Source of the DNA: Rebecca billardiae RCC1528
Lineage: Eukaryota > Protista > Haptophyta
Assembly: GCA_965240325.2 (NCBI GenBank)
Contig: OZ251231.1
Coordinates: 248,001-312,000, forward strand
Reading direction: 5' to 3'
DNA: 64,000 nucleotides
Shown here: piece by piece, positions 13,455-25,789 of the stretch
How the letters are laid out: each line of letters begins with the position of its first letter
Position numbering within the stretch: the first letter of the stretch is position 1
Notes under the pieces: generated by a model
What the model was told of the DNA's origin: nothing
What the model saw: only the letters and a program-made list of their open reading frames with translations
Databases searched by the model: none
Translations under genes and position numbers: made by a program

Positions 13455-14190
13455 CGCCAGCCCAAGGGCCGTAAGGGCACCCAACTCCCAGTGCGGAGGT
13501 TGGGGCGCCTCTGTTGTGCTCGCCTCCGTGAGTGCCCGCGGTGAGTGGCCCGTCGCCGAAGACGCGGGAGGCGAGGGTGCGGGCATGACGGGGCGCCGCG
13601 GCGGGCGGCGCGCGGCGGGCGGCGCGCGGCGGGCGAGGCGGACAGTGCTGATGGCGAGGCGGAGGTGGAGGCGGAGGTGGGGGCGAGCCGAGCGCAGCTC
13701 GGCTGAGGCCACCGGACGCGCGACGAGTCGAGCAGCCGACCGCCGGGAACGGAAGTGAGTCAGGCGGACATGGAGGCTGCCCGTAGGGGCCTACAAGCCA
13801 AAGTGCGGGCGGGCGCCCACGCTTGCCCCTGCGTGCCCGGTGCAAGCAGCCCGAGCGCTCCGTTTGCTGCTGGCGCGCACGGCACGAGTGAGCTCGCGCG
13901 CCGCGTTGGCAACTGCCGATTGCACGGGCCGAGAGGCGAAAGAGGCGAGCCTGGCGGACTCACGCGCGTGTCAGGAGAGCCTTGACCCGCGCCGCTCAGC
14001 GGCGAGCCGTCCGGGTTCGGCATCGCCGCCAGTCATCCAGGCAGAGCGCTCGACGTCGCGCCCTCGCGCAGCGTTTGAAGCACGCCGGCCGGACGCGAGT
14101 CGCGAGGCCACGAGACAGACAGAGGCACCTCAACCTCCGAGCTGGCCGCACTACTGGGAGTTGGGTACCCTTACGGCCCTTGGCCAGCCG
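13455..14190. mobile_element. Degenerate MITE-like element with ~75-bp inverted repeats
   Basis: 13455-13530 (caagggccgtaagggcacccaactcccagtgcggaggttggggcgcctctgt) is the reverse complement of ~14115-14190 (acagaggcacctcaacctccg..ctgggagttgggtacccttacggcccttgg) with small indels; no TSD identified. Confidence 0.55.
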
Positions 14191-15470
14191 CCGTCTTCGC
14201 CATCAGCGTCGGCGGCTAGCTGCCTTGAACCTCACGGAGCCAGCGAGCCAGCGGCTCCCCTTCGCTTTGACGCGCTCTACTCGAGTCTCGACCCGAAGCC
14301 CTTCCGCTCGCAAGCGATCTCGTCCAGGCCTCGTGGAGGTGGAGAAGGACACAAAAAAGGAGCGAAGATTGCTGAGATGCTAAGGAGATTGCGGCCAAGC
14401 CATCATGCCTTCCGGGATGACCATTGGCTCGTTTTCTTCCTGATTCCAGTCTTTCGCCTGATGGTATTGAGATAATATGTCTCACTTTGGCGACCGCTCA
14501 TTTTTCGATCCCCCCCCAACCGACCAATGGGAAGGCGGAGCCGCGACTCGCTCTGAAAATGCGTGAATTGTTTCGCGGTCTGGCGGACCGGCCCGTGGAA
14601 AAACGCAGCGCTGATGACGTCGATGACCTGCTGATGATGATGATATAAGTATATATGTAATCAGCATATCATCGTCAGCGGCAGGCAGCACGGCTCGCTG
14701 CTCGACCGACGGCGCGGCGGTGATGAATATGACCGCGTTCCGCGGTCCCGTTTCGTAGAACCAACGTAGTTAGGGGCCCGCGGTGCCGACTCTAGCTATC
14801 TAGTCTCTGTCGGCTGCTACTACTAAGAGTACTATGTATTTATTGTATCGTCATACGACGCTGTCTGTCATCTAATATTATTATAGTCTGACTGTCGGTG
14901 CCAACCCGACAGTTCGCCTGTGAGCAGTGCCACTACTCACTCAGTTGCCGCCCACTCCGGGCCCGGGCTGCGGCCCGGGGGCCGAGCGAGACCCTGGATC
15001 GCCGATGGCGATACCGGGCCCGAGTCCGGCGATTTAACTACTGCCGCATGGGCCATGCCACGTCAAGCCTCAAGAGTCAAGGCTCCGGCTCGCAGCGGCA
15101 CGTCGGCTTGCCTCGGCAACTCGGCCGGGGCCGATGGCGATGCCCGATGCCGATGGCGATGCCGATGGCAGCCCGGGGCCGCCACGCCCCGGACCGGAAA
15201 TCGGAATGGCTGCGCGGAGCCTAGTCCGCCGCGACCCCGGGGGCCGCGGCCCGGCGCCAGCGGGGAGTGACGGCCAGCCCCGGAGGCGGTTGCGACCAGT
15301 CCCTCGAGTAACACTAATACCAGGCTCCTGACACCCGGCAATCGTTGTGAGTTACGTCTGCGCCCGTTGCTACTATTACTAAGCTAGTGATTCGGATTGA
15401 CCGCGCGTCGTAGAACTTTCACAGCTGTCAGCTGCCCGTGCCGTTTCCGTTTATGCCGACTAGAGCTGAA

Positions 15471-16990
15471 TGGCGGGCCGTAGGTCCGCCCCTTGTAGTG
15501 CCCCCGGGGGAAAAGCTAAGAAAAAGAAAAGGAAAAAGAAAATCGCCTTACAAAGAAAAGAAAATCGCCTCGCTCACTACCGGGCGCCCTCGCAGCTCCC
15601 ACTGGGGACGCTGGGCCGAAAAGTGGTTCGCCCATGGCGCGGAGCGCATGGGCGGCGCGCGCCAAATCCAACGCCGGCGCGGACATCGCGCGAGGATTCC
15701 CTAGACGTGTTTTCGCCCGATTCGCGTTTGCTGCCCTCGTCGTCTCGCGTGCAGGTCGAACGGGGGCTAAATCGACCCGTTTGGAGCGGTACGCTCGGCG
15801 CGTCGACACGATCGTGCGACTTGGGGCGATCCTCGCCCGACGTGCACGTCGAACGCTCGCACCGGCCATAACATCAGGCGCTGCGCACGATGGCCGCCTC
15901 GCGCGATCCACCGTCGCGCGTCGGGCTCGGTGCGAGAAAGCCCTCATCACGAGGCGTCTCGCGGGCGGGAAGCGCCATCGCACGCGACGCAAGAATCGGC
16001 GCGGCCTTCTGAACTCGATCGCCGGAATCCGCGCACCGGACTCAGTCCTCGCTCGCGGTCCGGTCCCTCAGCCGAAGCCCACGTCCGGCCTGCATGGCGT
16101 CGACGGTGACCAATGCGACGGAAGCGCAGCGCCAACGGCGTACGACGCGCAGCAGACGCACCTCCCGGGTCTGTCGCCGTGGCAGCAACCGCGTCTTCGC
16201 GAGTTGGCGACCCTCGCCGCAGCGCGACACAGACAAGCCCGTGATGCCATCTGCAGAGAGATGAAACGTTGAGCATGCAACATCGCCGCGCCATCCTCGT
16301 CAATGGCGCAGGCGCTGCGGGACGAGGCGGACGTCGTCACGCCGGTGACGGATGCGCTGCGATTCGTGTGCCTGCGTGAGCAGCTCGTGCCCACTCTCGA
16401 TCGCGAGTGGCACACGCTGTCGCTGTGCGCGCGCGCGCGCACAACCAACAGCTCCTCGTGCCGCCAAACACGCGGGCGCCAGACCTGTCGAAGAGGCGAA
16501 GAGCGACGACCGCGTGAACGTCAACGCGCTCGTGCTCAGCCTGGCGGCCGTGTACGATGTCAACGCGACCTGCGCCGAGCCCATCATGCCCGGAGCGGAC
16601 ATCGGCAACCGTCCTCGCGACGACCGCTCTCGGCTGGCGGCAGGAGGACATGCACACGATCTACTCTGGCGGCTTCGTCGGTGGCGAGGCGCTCGATTAC
16701 GCCATCGCGGTCGAGATGTGGCACATACAGCGCGTACCCGCGCTCGCGCGGAGCAACGGGCTACCCGCCCCGCCCCGCGTGCTGCACATTCCCTCGTGGG
16801 TGTGGGCCTCGCTGATGCGCGCGAACGCGTACCGCACCGGCGTGGGAGAACTTCACAGCCACAGGTGTCACTGGTCCGACTGTCCGTCACCCGGCCACGA
16901 GCGAGTGCTGTGGAAAGACGCGAACCCGCAGAGGAAACATTGCGACAGCACTGGCACGGCCCGCCGACCGCCCCGCCCACCAGGGCACAG
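15471..16990 (+). mobile_element. Non-autonomous Helitron2-like element, copy 1 (internal ORF disrupted)
   Basis: Colinear with 57997-59916. 5' hairpin ggcgggcc-gta-ggtccgcc, asymmetric inverted repeat acggcccgcc at 16956-16965, 3' stem gccc-acca-gggc, end ..CACAG, flanks A^T; ORF has a stop at 16270 and frameshifts. Confidence 0.78.
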
Positions 16991-17142
16991 TGTTTCAGCC
17001 AATCGAGGCGCTGCGGCGGCGCGGCCTAGAACCGAGCTAGTTATTAGAGTATGATTGACCGATCCGGACAGCGGGCACTGAGAGCGGGCGCCAGTCAACG
17101 TCGGAGAAATCAATAAAACGGAGCCACCGCACACCAAGACAT

Positions 17143-17410
17143 GCACGTCGAGGTCGCCCGATCGCGCTCGGCTCCGCGGCGAGCCCCCGGCCCGGGCACT
17201 CGGCGTCGGACTGGAGCGGGCCTGCGCGCCGCGGCAGCGCGCGGCGCGCCGCGCGCAGCGCGCGGCGGGGACTGTCACTTGTCAGTCGTCTCAGACTCTG
17301 ACCACTGACACGTCGAGGTCGTCATCGCGCTCGGCTCCGCGGCGAGCCCGCCGGGCACGGACTGGAGCGGGCCTGCGCGCCGCGGCAGCGAGCGGCGCGC
17401 AGCGCGGTGG
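17143..17410. repeat. Imperfect ~100-bp direct duplication
   Basis: cacgtcgaggtcg..cgcgctcggctccgcggcgagccc..ggactggagcgggcctgcgcgccgcggcagcg at ~17143-17260 and ~17309-17410. Confidence 0.8.
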
Positions 17411-18003
17411 CGGCGGCGCGGAGTCTCGGGGCAGCGCACGCGCAGGGTGCGTGAATGAATCTTGCAGCAGCTGCAGGTTGTGCGGCTCCGTCGAGCCCAT
17501 CGTCGCGACGCGGAGGACAGTAGACGAAGACCAGCTTGAGTGAGCACGGCCTGCGAAGTGCGAGCGAGTCGACCGGGAACAGTCACGGGTCGCGAGTGCC
17601 ACTCGCCCAGAAGCGACGTCTGCGTGGGGTGCGCGTCGGGCAGGCCCAAGAAGATGCGCAGCATCATGTTCAGGCCCACTAGGCCCAGCGCCTCGATCAC
17701 CACCTGCTTCTTCGCTGTGTTGATCATCTTCACTGCCGCGGTTCGCGCCGAGTTTGACTGGCGGCCGCACGCCCCGGCGGCGGGCGCGGCCCGTGCGCTC
17801 GCCGTCCTGACGCGGCGGCGGTCCTGGATGCACTGCGGCACCTGGCCTGAACCCGCGTGCCACGCCACGCGCCGCCGCCGGGCGAGGCGTCGGCGGCGGC
17901 CGCCTCCGCCGCCCACGCGGCACGTCGCGCCATCTGCGGTGCGAGCACCAGTCCTGAGCAACCGCTTCAAAATCAAATAGCCTGATCGAGTACCCCCATA
18001 AAT

Positions 18004-18299
18004 TAAGATCGAATGGAGATATAGATAGCGATTACGGTTATCTTTGTTTTGGCAATAATCAGAACTACACGAGATAATAGCGCGCGTTTACGGCGATCTC
18101 CATTAGCGGTCGTAGCTCCCGTAGCTCCAATTAACGGTTTTGCTGGGATCCTTCGCGTAAGATCGAATGGAGATAGATAGTGATCACGGTTATCTCTGCT
18201 TCGGCAAGAATCAAAACCAAACGAGATAATAGCGTTTACGGCGATCTCCATTAGGTCGTAGCTCCCGTAGCTCCAATTAAACGGTTTGCTGGGATCCTT
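18004..18299. repeat. AT-rich tandem duplication, 2 x ~150 bp
   Basis: taagatcgaatggagata..gtcgtagctcccgtagctccaatta..tgctgggatcctt at 18004-18153 and 18158-18299. Confidence 0.9.
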
Positions 18300-19099
18300 A
18301 TTATAACAAGTTTTTGACTCGAAACAATCAAACGTCACTCGGCAAACTCGTACTCCAGCATACACGAAAGACAGGAAATAGGCTCACTGAGGAATACTCA
18401 CTTGTTTCACCCCCGGGTATCTGATCCCACGTCCGTCCATCGACATATGGCGAATTGGCGGGCGCGCTTATTTCGTCAATGCGTCTTGCTAATGCAGAGC
18501 AATGGGCCAATGTACCCCTCGAAAAAGCGAAAATTCACCCTCCAACAGCCCTTATTAAAATCGTCCCCCGTCCCCCTTTCTTTGATCAAAAGATCTTTTT
18601 GACAACGTAGTGAGGGCCCTCGGCGAGGGCTGCACGCTACGCGCTCCGCCCTGCACCGCGGGCCATATAATGAATCGTAGTACTAAGCGCTAGTACTCAA
18701 AGTAACTAGTGAGTACTGAAGCTTAGTATACAGTTTAGTACTCGGCCGTTACCGAAAGACTGAGTCACTAAATAAAAGAGTATTCTATATATATAGTAGT
18801 TACCCAATATTGAAATATAAATATAAATTGAAACCGGTGTACTGAGCGTTACCCGCGAAGGCGGCGACCGGGCTGACTCCCGTGACCGCGGCGAGGCGCG
18901 GCAAGCGTCGCGGCGCGCCGCCCCTGATCGGGCTGATGTCTTAGGATGAAGTCGCGAATGCTGATGAATAGATGATGAAGTGACGTGATGACGATTGATC
19001 GCGCTGATGCTGCCGCTGGCAGCACCTCATCCGGACCGTGCCTGCTCTCGCGGCGAGGCGCTCCGGCGCGCGCCCGGCCGTGGGCCCCCCCGTCCTCCG

Positions 19100-22000
19100 T
19101 CAGTGCGTGCGCGGCCCGCCGCCGAGCGGCGGCGGCGCGTACGCGCCCTCGCCGCGCGCGTTGAGCTGGCCGGTGCGGTAGCGGCCGAGCGCGGCGACGA
19201 GCGAGGCGCTCATGCCGATGAGCTGCACGAGCTCCCAGCTCGGCGCGGCGTTCGCCTCGAATCCCTTGAACCTGACGAGCACCTCGTGGTACTTTGTGCC
19301 GGGCGCGCGCTCGCCCAGCACCTGCTCCACCTCGTAGCGGCGCAGGTCCCTCCGCACCTGGATGCGCGGCGCGGCGCGCGGCGTGTGCACCGCGTGCAGT
19401 GCCGACTGGAACGCCCCGCCGACGCGCGAGCCGGCGGCCGAGCCGGAGGAGCTGGAGGAGCGGCGGATCGCGGAGCGCGAGAGTGCGGCGGCGGCACGCA
19501 TCGTGCTCAGCCGCGAGTTGCTCCCGCCGCCCGCGTCCGGCGCGTCGCCGCCCGCGTCGTCGTGCAGCGGCGAGGCCGGCATGGAGGAAGGCGCCTCGTC
19601 GGAGATTGTCACCGAGCGATCGCTGTGGCAGCTGCTGCGCAGCACACCGCCGCAGGACGCGCTGCGTCGCATCGCCGCGCGCAGCGTGGCCGGGAGCGCA
19701 CCCAAGCCGCTGCCGCCGCCGCCGCTGGCTGCGGCGGCGGCGGCGGCGGCGGGCGCGGCGGCGCGTGGCGAGGGCGGCGTGCCCTCGCCGCCCGCGCCAC
19801 CCGCGCCGCCCGCGCCGCCGTCGCCCGCGCCGCCGCCGCTCCCGCCTACCCTCTCCCCGCCTACCCTCTCCAAGACATCACGCGTGCTGTGCCTGCGCAT
19901 GCCGCCGTAGTTGCTGAGGCGGCGCGCGGCGGGCGGCTCCGGGATGCGCGGCGGCGGCGGCAGCTCGGGCGGGGAGAAGCGGCGGCGCGGCGGCACGCTC
20001 TGGCTCAGCCCGCCGGTGTGCGCGCGGCCCACGGCCGGCGGGCTCGCTGAGGAGGATCCCGAGCCCATGCCCTGCGCGCGCGCGGCGGCACGGCGCGGCG
20101 CGGCGCGGCGGCGCGTGCGGCGCGCAGGTGAGGCGCGCGTGCGCGGCGCGCAAGGCGCGGCGCACACCGCGCGGGCACGCGCGGGTGGCGCACCTGCTTG
20201 CACCGCGCGCCGCTCCAGAGGTCCTCCACGGTGGACGCCCGAGCCAGCCCTGACGGGTGCGCCAGCCTCGCGAGCGCGGCCGGCTGCGGCTGCGGGCGCG
20301 CGCGCGCGCGCGCGCGCGTGGCGGCGGCGGCAGCGTGTCACTCACCACGGGAGCTGGCGGGCGCGGCCGCGCCGCGCGCTCGCGCGGGGATTGGGTGCGC
20401 GCGCGCGCGTACCGCGCCGGGCGCCGCGCGCATCGCCTCGGCCGTGCTCGCCATCGCGGCGGCGATCGCGGCGCGCGCCGTCGCCTCCCGCCCCGCAACG
20501 TTTAGTCCTTCCGGCCACGCGGCCGACGGCGGCAGCTGTGCCGGCTGGCTCATCGAGGAGCGCGCGGAGCGCGCGGCCGCGGAGAGCGTGAGCGACGAGC
20601 GCCCGCTCTGCGGGCTCGGCTGCTGCTGCAGCGCCGGCGGCTGCGGAGTAGGGGTAGGGGTAGGAGTAGCGCCGCGCCCGGCCGCCCACGCGCCGAGCGC
20701 CGCCGCGCGCGCGCCGCGCTCGGCGCGCGGCGGCGTCGCGGCCTCGCCGCGCGGCGCCCCCGCCGAGATGGCGGCGGCCTGTGTCGACGCGTCGGCCGTG
20801 CGCGCGGCGCGCGGCGCGCGCGCGCCCGCCGCGTCCTCCCGCGCACCCGCCGCCTCGTGCCTCGCCGCCGCCACCGCCGGCTCCAGCGCCGCGCAGCGCG
20901 CCTCGACGTCCGCAGCGCGCTGCAGCGCGGCGCGGCGCGCGCGCTCGGCCGCCGCCGCCTCCTGCTCCGCCTGCGCGCGCGCCGCGCGCTCGTCGTCGCT
21001 CCGGATGGTCGCCGTCACCAGCTCGACCTTGAGCGCGCGCAGCGCCGACGACGCCGACGCCGCCGAGCCGTCGCGGAGCGCGTCGAGCTCGGCGGCGGTG
21101 CGCACGATCTCCGCATCGGCGTCGGCGAGCGCGCCGAGCAGCGCAGCGGTGGCGGCCGCACTCTCGGCGCGCGCGGCCGCGCGCTCGCGCGAGGCGGAGG
21201 CCTCGGCGCGGTCCCGCGCGCTGGTGGCGGCGCGGACGGCGGCGTCCGCCTCCGCGCGCGCGTCGGCGAGCTGCGTGGCCGCCGCACGCGCCGCCTTCGC
21301 CTCCGCAGCCCCCGCCGCCTGCGCCGACGCCGTCTGCCGCTCCGCGCGGCCGCGCGCCGCTGCCTCGCTCGCCGCCGCCGCCGCCTTCGCCTCAGCCTGT
21401 GCCGCCCTCGCGTCCGCAGCCGCGCGCGCGCGCTCGGCCGCGCCCAGCTCCGCGCGCAGCGCGCGCAGCGCCTCCGCGTGCTCCGCCGCCGCGCGCTCCG
21501 CGCCGCGCTCGCGCTCCCGCAGCGCGCTCTCGAGCTCGGCCATGCGCCGGCCCTGCTCGCTCATGCGCCGCCCTTGCGCGTTGGCGAGCGCTGCCGCCGA
21601 TTCCAGCGCCTCCGACGCGCCGCCGGCGCTCGCGACGGAGCAGCGCGCGGAGCGCGAGGAGGCGGCGGGCGAGAGGCACGCGCCGCTGCCGGGCGAGCCG
21701 ACCCCGCCGCCGTCCGCACCGCCGCCGCACCGCGCGCCCGCGCGCCCGTTGGGCGGCGCGAGGCCGGGCGCGCCGCGCGCGCCCTGCGGGTCGGGCGGCG
21801 CGGCGGCGGCGGCGGCGCCGCACCGCGCGCGCTCGGCGCCGCCGCCGTTGCGCACAACGCCGGCCGCCAGCGCGGCGGCGGGGCGCGACGCGCCCGTGGG
21901 TCGCGCCGCCTCGTCGCGCCGCTCGACACTCGCACTCGCGCCGCCCGCGCCCCCGGCGTTGAGTCGCGACACGGCGGTGCGCACGGACGAGTCAGCCGTG

Positions 22001-23712
22001 GGCGCAGCAGCGGCCAAAGTGGCGGAGGCGCCTCCGCCCGCCGCGCGGCGCCAGCGCGTGCTGCCGGACTCAGCGGAGCTCCCGTGCCCGTGCGCTGCCG
22101 GGTGGTGGTGGTGCGGCGAGGCCGGCGGCGCCGCCTGCGCCGAGCCGCCCGTCGAGAGCCTCGGGATGCGCGTCCGCCCCGCCCACGCGTCCGCCAACTC
22201 AGCGTCAGCCAACTCAGCGTCAGCCAACTCAGCGTCCGCGTCCGCGTCCGCGCCCGCGTCCGCCAACTCAGCGTCCGCGTCCGCGTCCGCGTCCGCGGCT
22301 CTGTCAGGGCTCGATGCGCCGCCCGCGGCCGGCCGGTCGGGCGAGAGGTCCCGCGACTCGGCGGTGTCGTGCTCGTAGGCCCGCGCGGGCGCGGCTCGCG
22401 ACGTCGCCGCGGCGGCGGCCGCCGCCGCCGCCGCTCCGTCTGACGCCGCGGGCTTGGCGCTCGCGCGCGCGCCCGCGTCGGCACCTCGGCAGCCATTGGG
22501 CGCGTGTGCGCGTGTCGCGTGCGCGCCGTCGGCTGCGCCGCGCGGCTCCGCGCCGCCGCCGCCGCCCCGCTCCGAAGCCGAGGCCTGCGAGAAGAGCGAG
22601 ACTGAGACGCAGGGCGCGCCCTGCGGCTGCGGCGGCAGCTGCTGCGGCTGCTGCGGCCGCTGCGGCTGCTGCTGCCGAGCCGAGCGCTCCTGGGAAAGCC
22701 GGTCGCGCTCGATCGCCGCGGCAGCGGCGGCTGCGCGCAGCGAGCGAGCGCGCGCCGAGCCGCTGCCGGGGGTGCTGCTGCCCGAGGGCGAGACGCCGGC
22801 GCCCGCCTGCTGCTCCGCGGCGGCATGGCTCCCCTGTGCCAGACCCGCGGCGTCGGTCGAGACGGCCGGCGGCGGCAGCGGCTGCTGCGCGCCCGGCGAG
22901 GTGGGCACGGAGGCGGCGGCGTGCGAGGGCGAGGTGGACGAGCCGAAAGAGCACTCGCTGCCGGCACCCGACAGCGCGCGCCCGCGCGCCTGCGCCTGCG
23001 GTGGCGCGAGCCGCGCGCCGTCGGCGGCGGCGCCGCCAGCCGCCGCCGCTGTCGGATGCGCCGCGCTGCGCGTGCGCGCGGCGAGGGCGGTCTCGCCGAA
23101 GCGCGCGCGGCGCGACTCGCGCATGAGCTCGCGCGCCAGCTGCATGTGCCCCGTCACCGCCGCCGCGTGCAGCGGGCTCGTGCCGTCCGCCGCCTTCTGG
23201 TGCATGTCCGCGCCGGCGGCGTGCAGCGCGCGCGCACAAGCAGAGCTGCCCGCGCGCAGCGCAGCGTGGAGCGGCGTGGCGCCGAGGTGGTCGGTGGCGT
23301 TGGCGTCGGCTCCGCACTCGAGCAGCGCGTTCACCGCCTCGACGCTCTGCGCGCTCACCGCGCGGTGCAGCGCGGTCGAGCCCGACGCGTCGCGCGCGGC
23401 GACGAGCACTCGCAGCGCCGCCGCGCCGCTCTTCTCGCGCACGTGCTGGACGAGCGTGCGCACGACGGCGGCGTGCGGCCCGGCGGCCGCGAGGAGGAGC
23501 GCGCTCTCTCCCTCAGCGCTCCGCTCCGCCGCGTCCACGCCGCGCTGCGTCAGTAGCCACGTGACGATGGGCGTGTGCCCGCCCGCCGCCGCCTCGTGCA
23601 GGCAGCGCACGGCGCACTCGGGCCGCGCGCCGGCCAGCTCGCGGCGCAGATCGGCGAGCGAGCCCACGCGCGCCGCTCGCACGGCAGGGTGGCTCGGCAG
23701 CTCGTGCTCCAT
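19100..23712 (-). CDS. Ankyrin repeat + coiled-coil + C-terminal chromodomain protein; 3 exons (23712-20346, 20249-20194, 20071-19100)
   Basis: ANK motifs CLHEAAAGGH, GSTALHRAV, GATPLHAA, GTSPLHAAAVTGH; Ala/Glu/Arg coiled coil; in-frame GT-AG introns 20345..20250 and 20193..20072; YEVEQVLGER..VLVRFKGF...SWE chromo motif near 19225-19340. Confidence 0.75.
22190..22295 (-). repeat. Coding minisatellite (ADAEL/AD)n
   Basis: Repeated ccaactcagcgt and gtccgc units on the + strand. Confidence 0.8.
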
Positions 23713-24231
23713 GTGCTCTGGAGCCCCGATTCAGCGCGCGCGCCGTGCCATGCGCGAGGGCGGAGGACAATGAGCCGCCTGCGTGACCAGCGGCGCAAGC
23801 CAAATCTGGCCGCGCACAAGATCGGGACGAATCGAAAGAAAGGCCGCCCTTCCCGAATCCCGGCAGCAGCCTGATTGCGCTTCGCGCCTGGCGGGCGTAA
23901 GCCGTTACCTGAGCCGCAGGGACTTGGAACGCGAGCACGCGCGATCTTCCCCGATCTCATCCCAATCAGTATGAACGTGCGCGTCCCATTGGACTTTTCA
24001 GGGATTCTGGTAATATATATCGGGACGGGAACGTCGTACTGGTATTCATCAACGATGACAGTCTAATGCTCGGCAGGCAAGCCAGGCGAGTTCCGGCAAT
24101 ACCAGCACCGCGTCGTTCTCGAATTGGTCGCGTCGGTGTGCTGTGCAAAGCCGCCCACCTTGGCCGGACTCCTCGCCGCCATTACTCCGGAGCCATTACT
24201 CCGGAAAACTGCATCATCGCTCGTCATCGCG

Positions 24232-25374
24232 ATGCTGGTGCACTCGCAGCTGGTCGCGGTGCTCGTGCTCGCCTCGGCAGGCCGAAGCGCCTCGCACAAG
24301 GGCGTGCCCGCGCACCTCGACGTCGAGGAGCACGTCTATGAGCACGGGCGCGGCGCGCACACGGGCGGCGCGCGATCGCCGCCGCGCAAGGCTGGCGAGG
24401 GCAGCAGCGGCGGCGGCGGCGACGGGCGCGCACACGCGCGGCGCGACGCGATGCGCCGCCTCGCGCGCGAGATGCTCGCGGGCGGCATCGCCGAGGCCGT
24501 GATGGACGGCGTCCTCTACCCGATCGACACGCTCAAGGCGCGGCAGCAGGCGGTCGTGCGCACCGTCACGCCCAAGGGCGCGCCCAGGCTGCCGGGGCAG
24601 CGGCGCGCGCTGCTGGCCATGGGCAACCCGTTCGTCGGGGTCGTGCCGGTCGTTCTCTCCGCCATCCCCGCCGCCGCCGGCTTCATGGGCGTCAAGTTCG
24701 CCATGGAGATGGTCGCGCACCAGCTCACGCGCACCGACACGCACGGCGCGGGCACCACCATGCTCGCCTCCGGCGTTGCGGACGTGTGCTACTGGCTGTT
24801 CCGCTTCCCGCTCGAGACGGGCAAGAAGCGCGTGCAGGTGGGCGCGGACGCGAGCACGCTCGGCGCGATGCGCCGGCTGCTCGTCGAGGGCGGCTTCAAG
24901 CCCGCCGCGCTCTACACCGGCTGGCGCACCGTGCTCTGGCGGGACGTGCCGTACGACGCCCTGGAGTTTGGCGCGTATGAGCTGGCGCGCGCGCTGCTCG
25001 CGCAGGCGGCGCGGCGCGGCGCGGTGGCGGCGGCGGCGGAGTCGAGGAGGGAAGAGGGCGCCGAGGCGGCGGACGCCGAGTCCGCCCTCGCCGGCGCGTT
25101 CGCCGCGCTCTGCGCCGCCGTGATCACCACGCCCCTCGACTGCGTGCGCACGCGGCTCATCACGCAGCCGCGCGGCGTCGCGGGCGCGACCGCGTACACA
25201 GGCGTGTTGGACTGCCTCGCCAAGATGGCGCGGTACGAAGGCGCGGCCTCGCTCTTCTCCGGGCTGGGCGAGCGCTCGGTGATCGCGGGCGTCGGCGGCG
25301 CCATCTGGTTCGTCGTGTACGAGCGGCTGCGCATCGGCCACGGCTCGGCCGGCGAGTGGGAGACGTCCGCGTAG
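24232..25374 (+). CDS. Mitochondrial carrier family (SLC25) protein, SAM-carrier-like, with N-terminal signal-like extension
   Basis: Three Px[DE]xx[KR]xR motifs (YPIDTLKAR, FPLETGKKR, TPLDCVRTR); LYTGW..VLWRDVPY; YTGVLDCL. Confidence 0.9.
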   Translation: MLVHSQLVAVLVLASAGRSASHKGVPAHLDVEEHVYEHGRGAHTGGARSPPRKAGEGSSGGGGDGRAHARRDAMRRLAREMLAGGIAEAVMDGVLYPIDTLKARQQAVVRTVTPKGAPRLPGQRRALLAMGNPFVGVVPVVLSAIPAAAGFMGVKFAMEMVAHQLTRTDTHGAGTTMLASGVADVCYWLFRFPLETGKKRVQVGADASTLGAMRRLLVEGGFKPAALYTGWRTVLWRDVPYDALEFGAYELARALLAQAARRGAVAAAAESRREEGAEAADAESALAGAFAALCAAVITTPLDCVRTRLITQPRGVAGATAYTGVLDCLAKMARYEGAASLFSGLGERSVIAGVGGAIWFVVYERLRIGHGSAGEWETSA

Positions 25375-25789
25375 GAGCGGCCGTGGTGACTCAGCTGACA
25401 ACTCTAGGAGCGTGTGCGCGCCTGATCGCTCCGCGTCAGACGCGCCGACGGTGCGGTGCACGAACGAGTCCGCGCTCCGAGGCTACTGTAGCTTTCTGGA
25501 TCGTGGTGGCCACCGACGAAAGAGTCGCGCGTCGATTCGCGTTGGGCCCTAGTAGTAGTACCAGCATTTTGCCCCCCCCCGGACGCAAAAGTCAGAACAT
25601 GAGAACAGAGCCACGCGCGGTCGGCGGACGAATGATGATCGACGATGTCGATGGCGGCACTACGGCAGCGCGAGGTGGTGTGAATTGGTCAACATCCGAG
25701 ACATGCGAGCCGCGGAAGGGGCACTCGCTGACGGACGATGCATCACGTAGATCATCGCTACGACTCTGCTCCTGCTCATGAGCATGCCA

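Noticed and set aside
17440-17980. hAT transposase remnant (WCSH.., VAT[RW]GST-like)
   Set aside because: Motifs need assumed indels; too weak to call without a homology search
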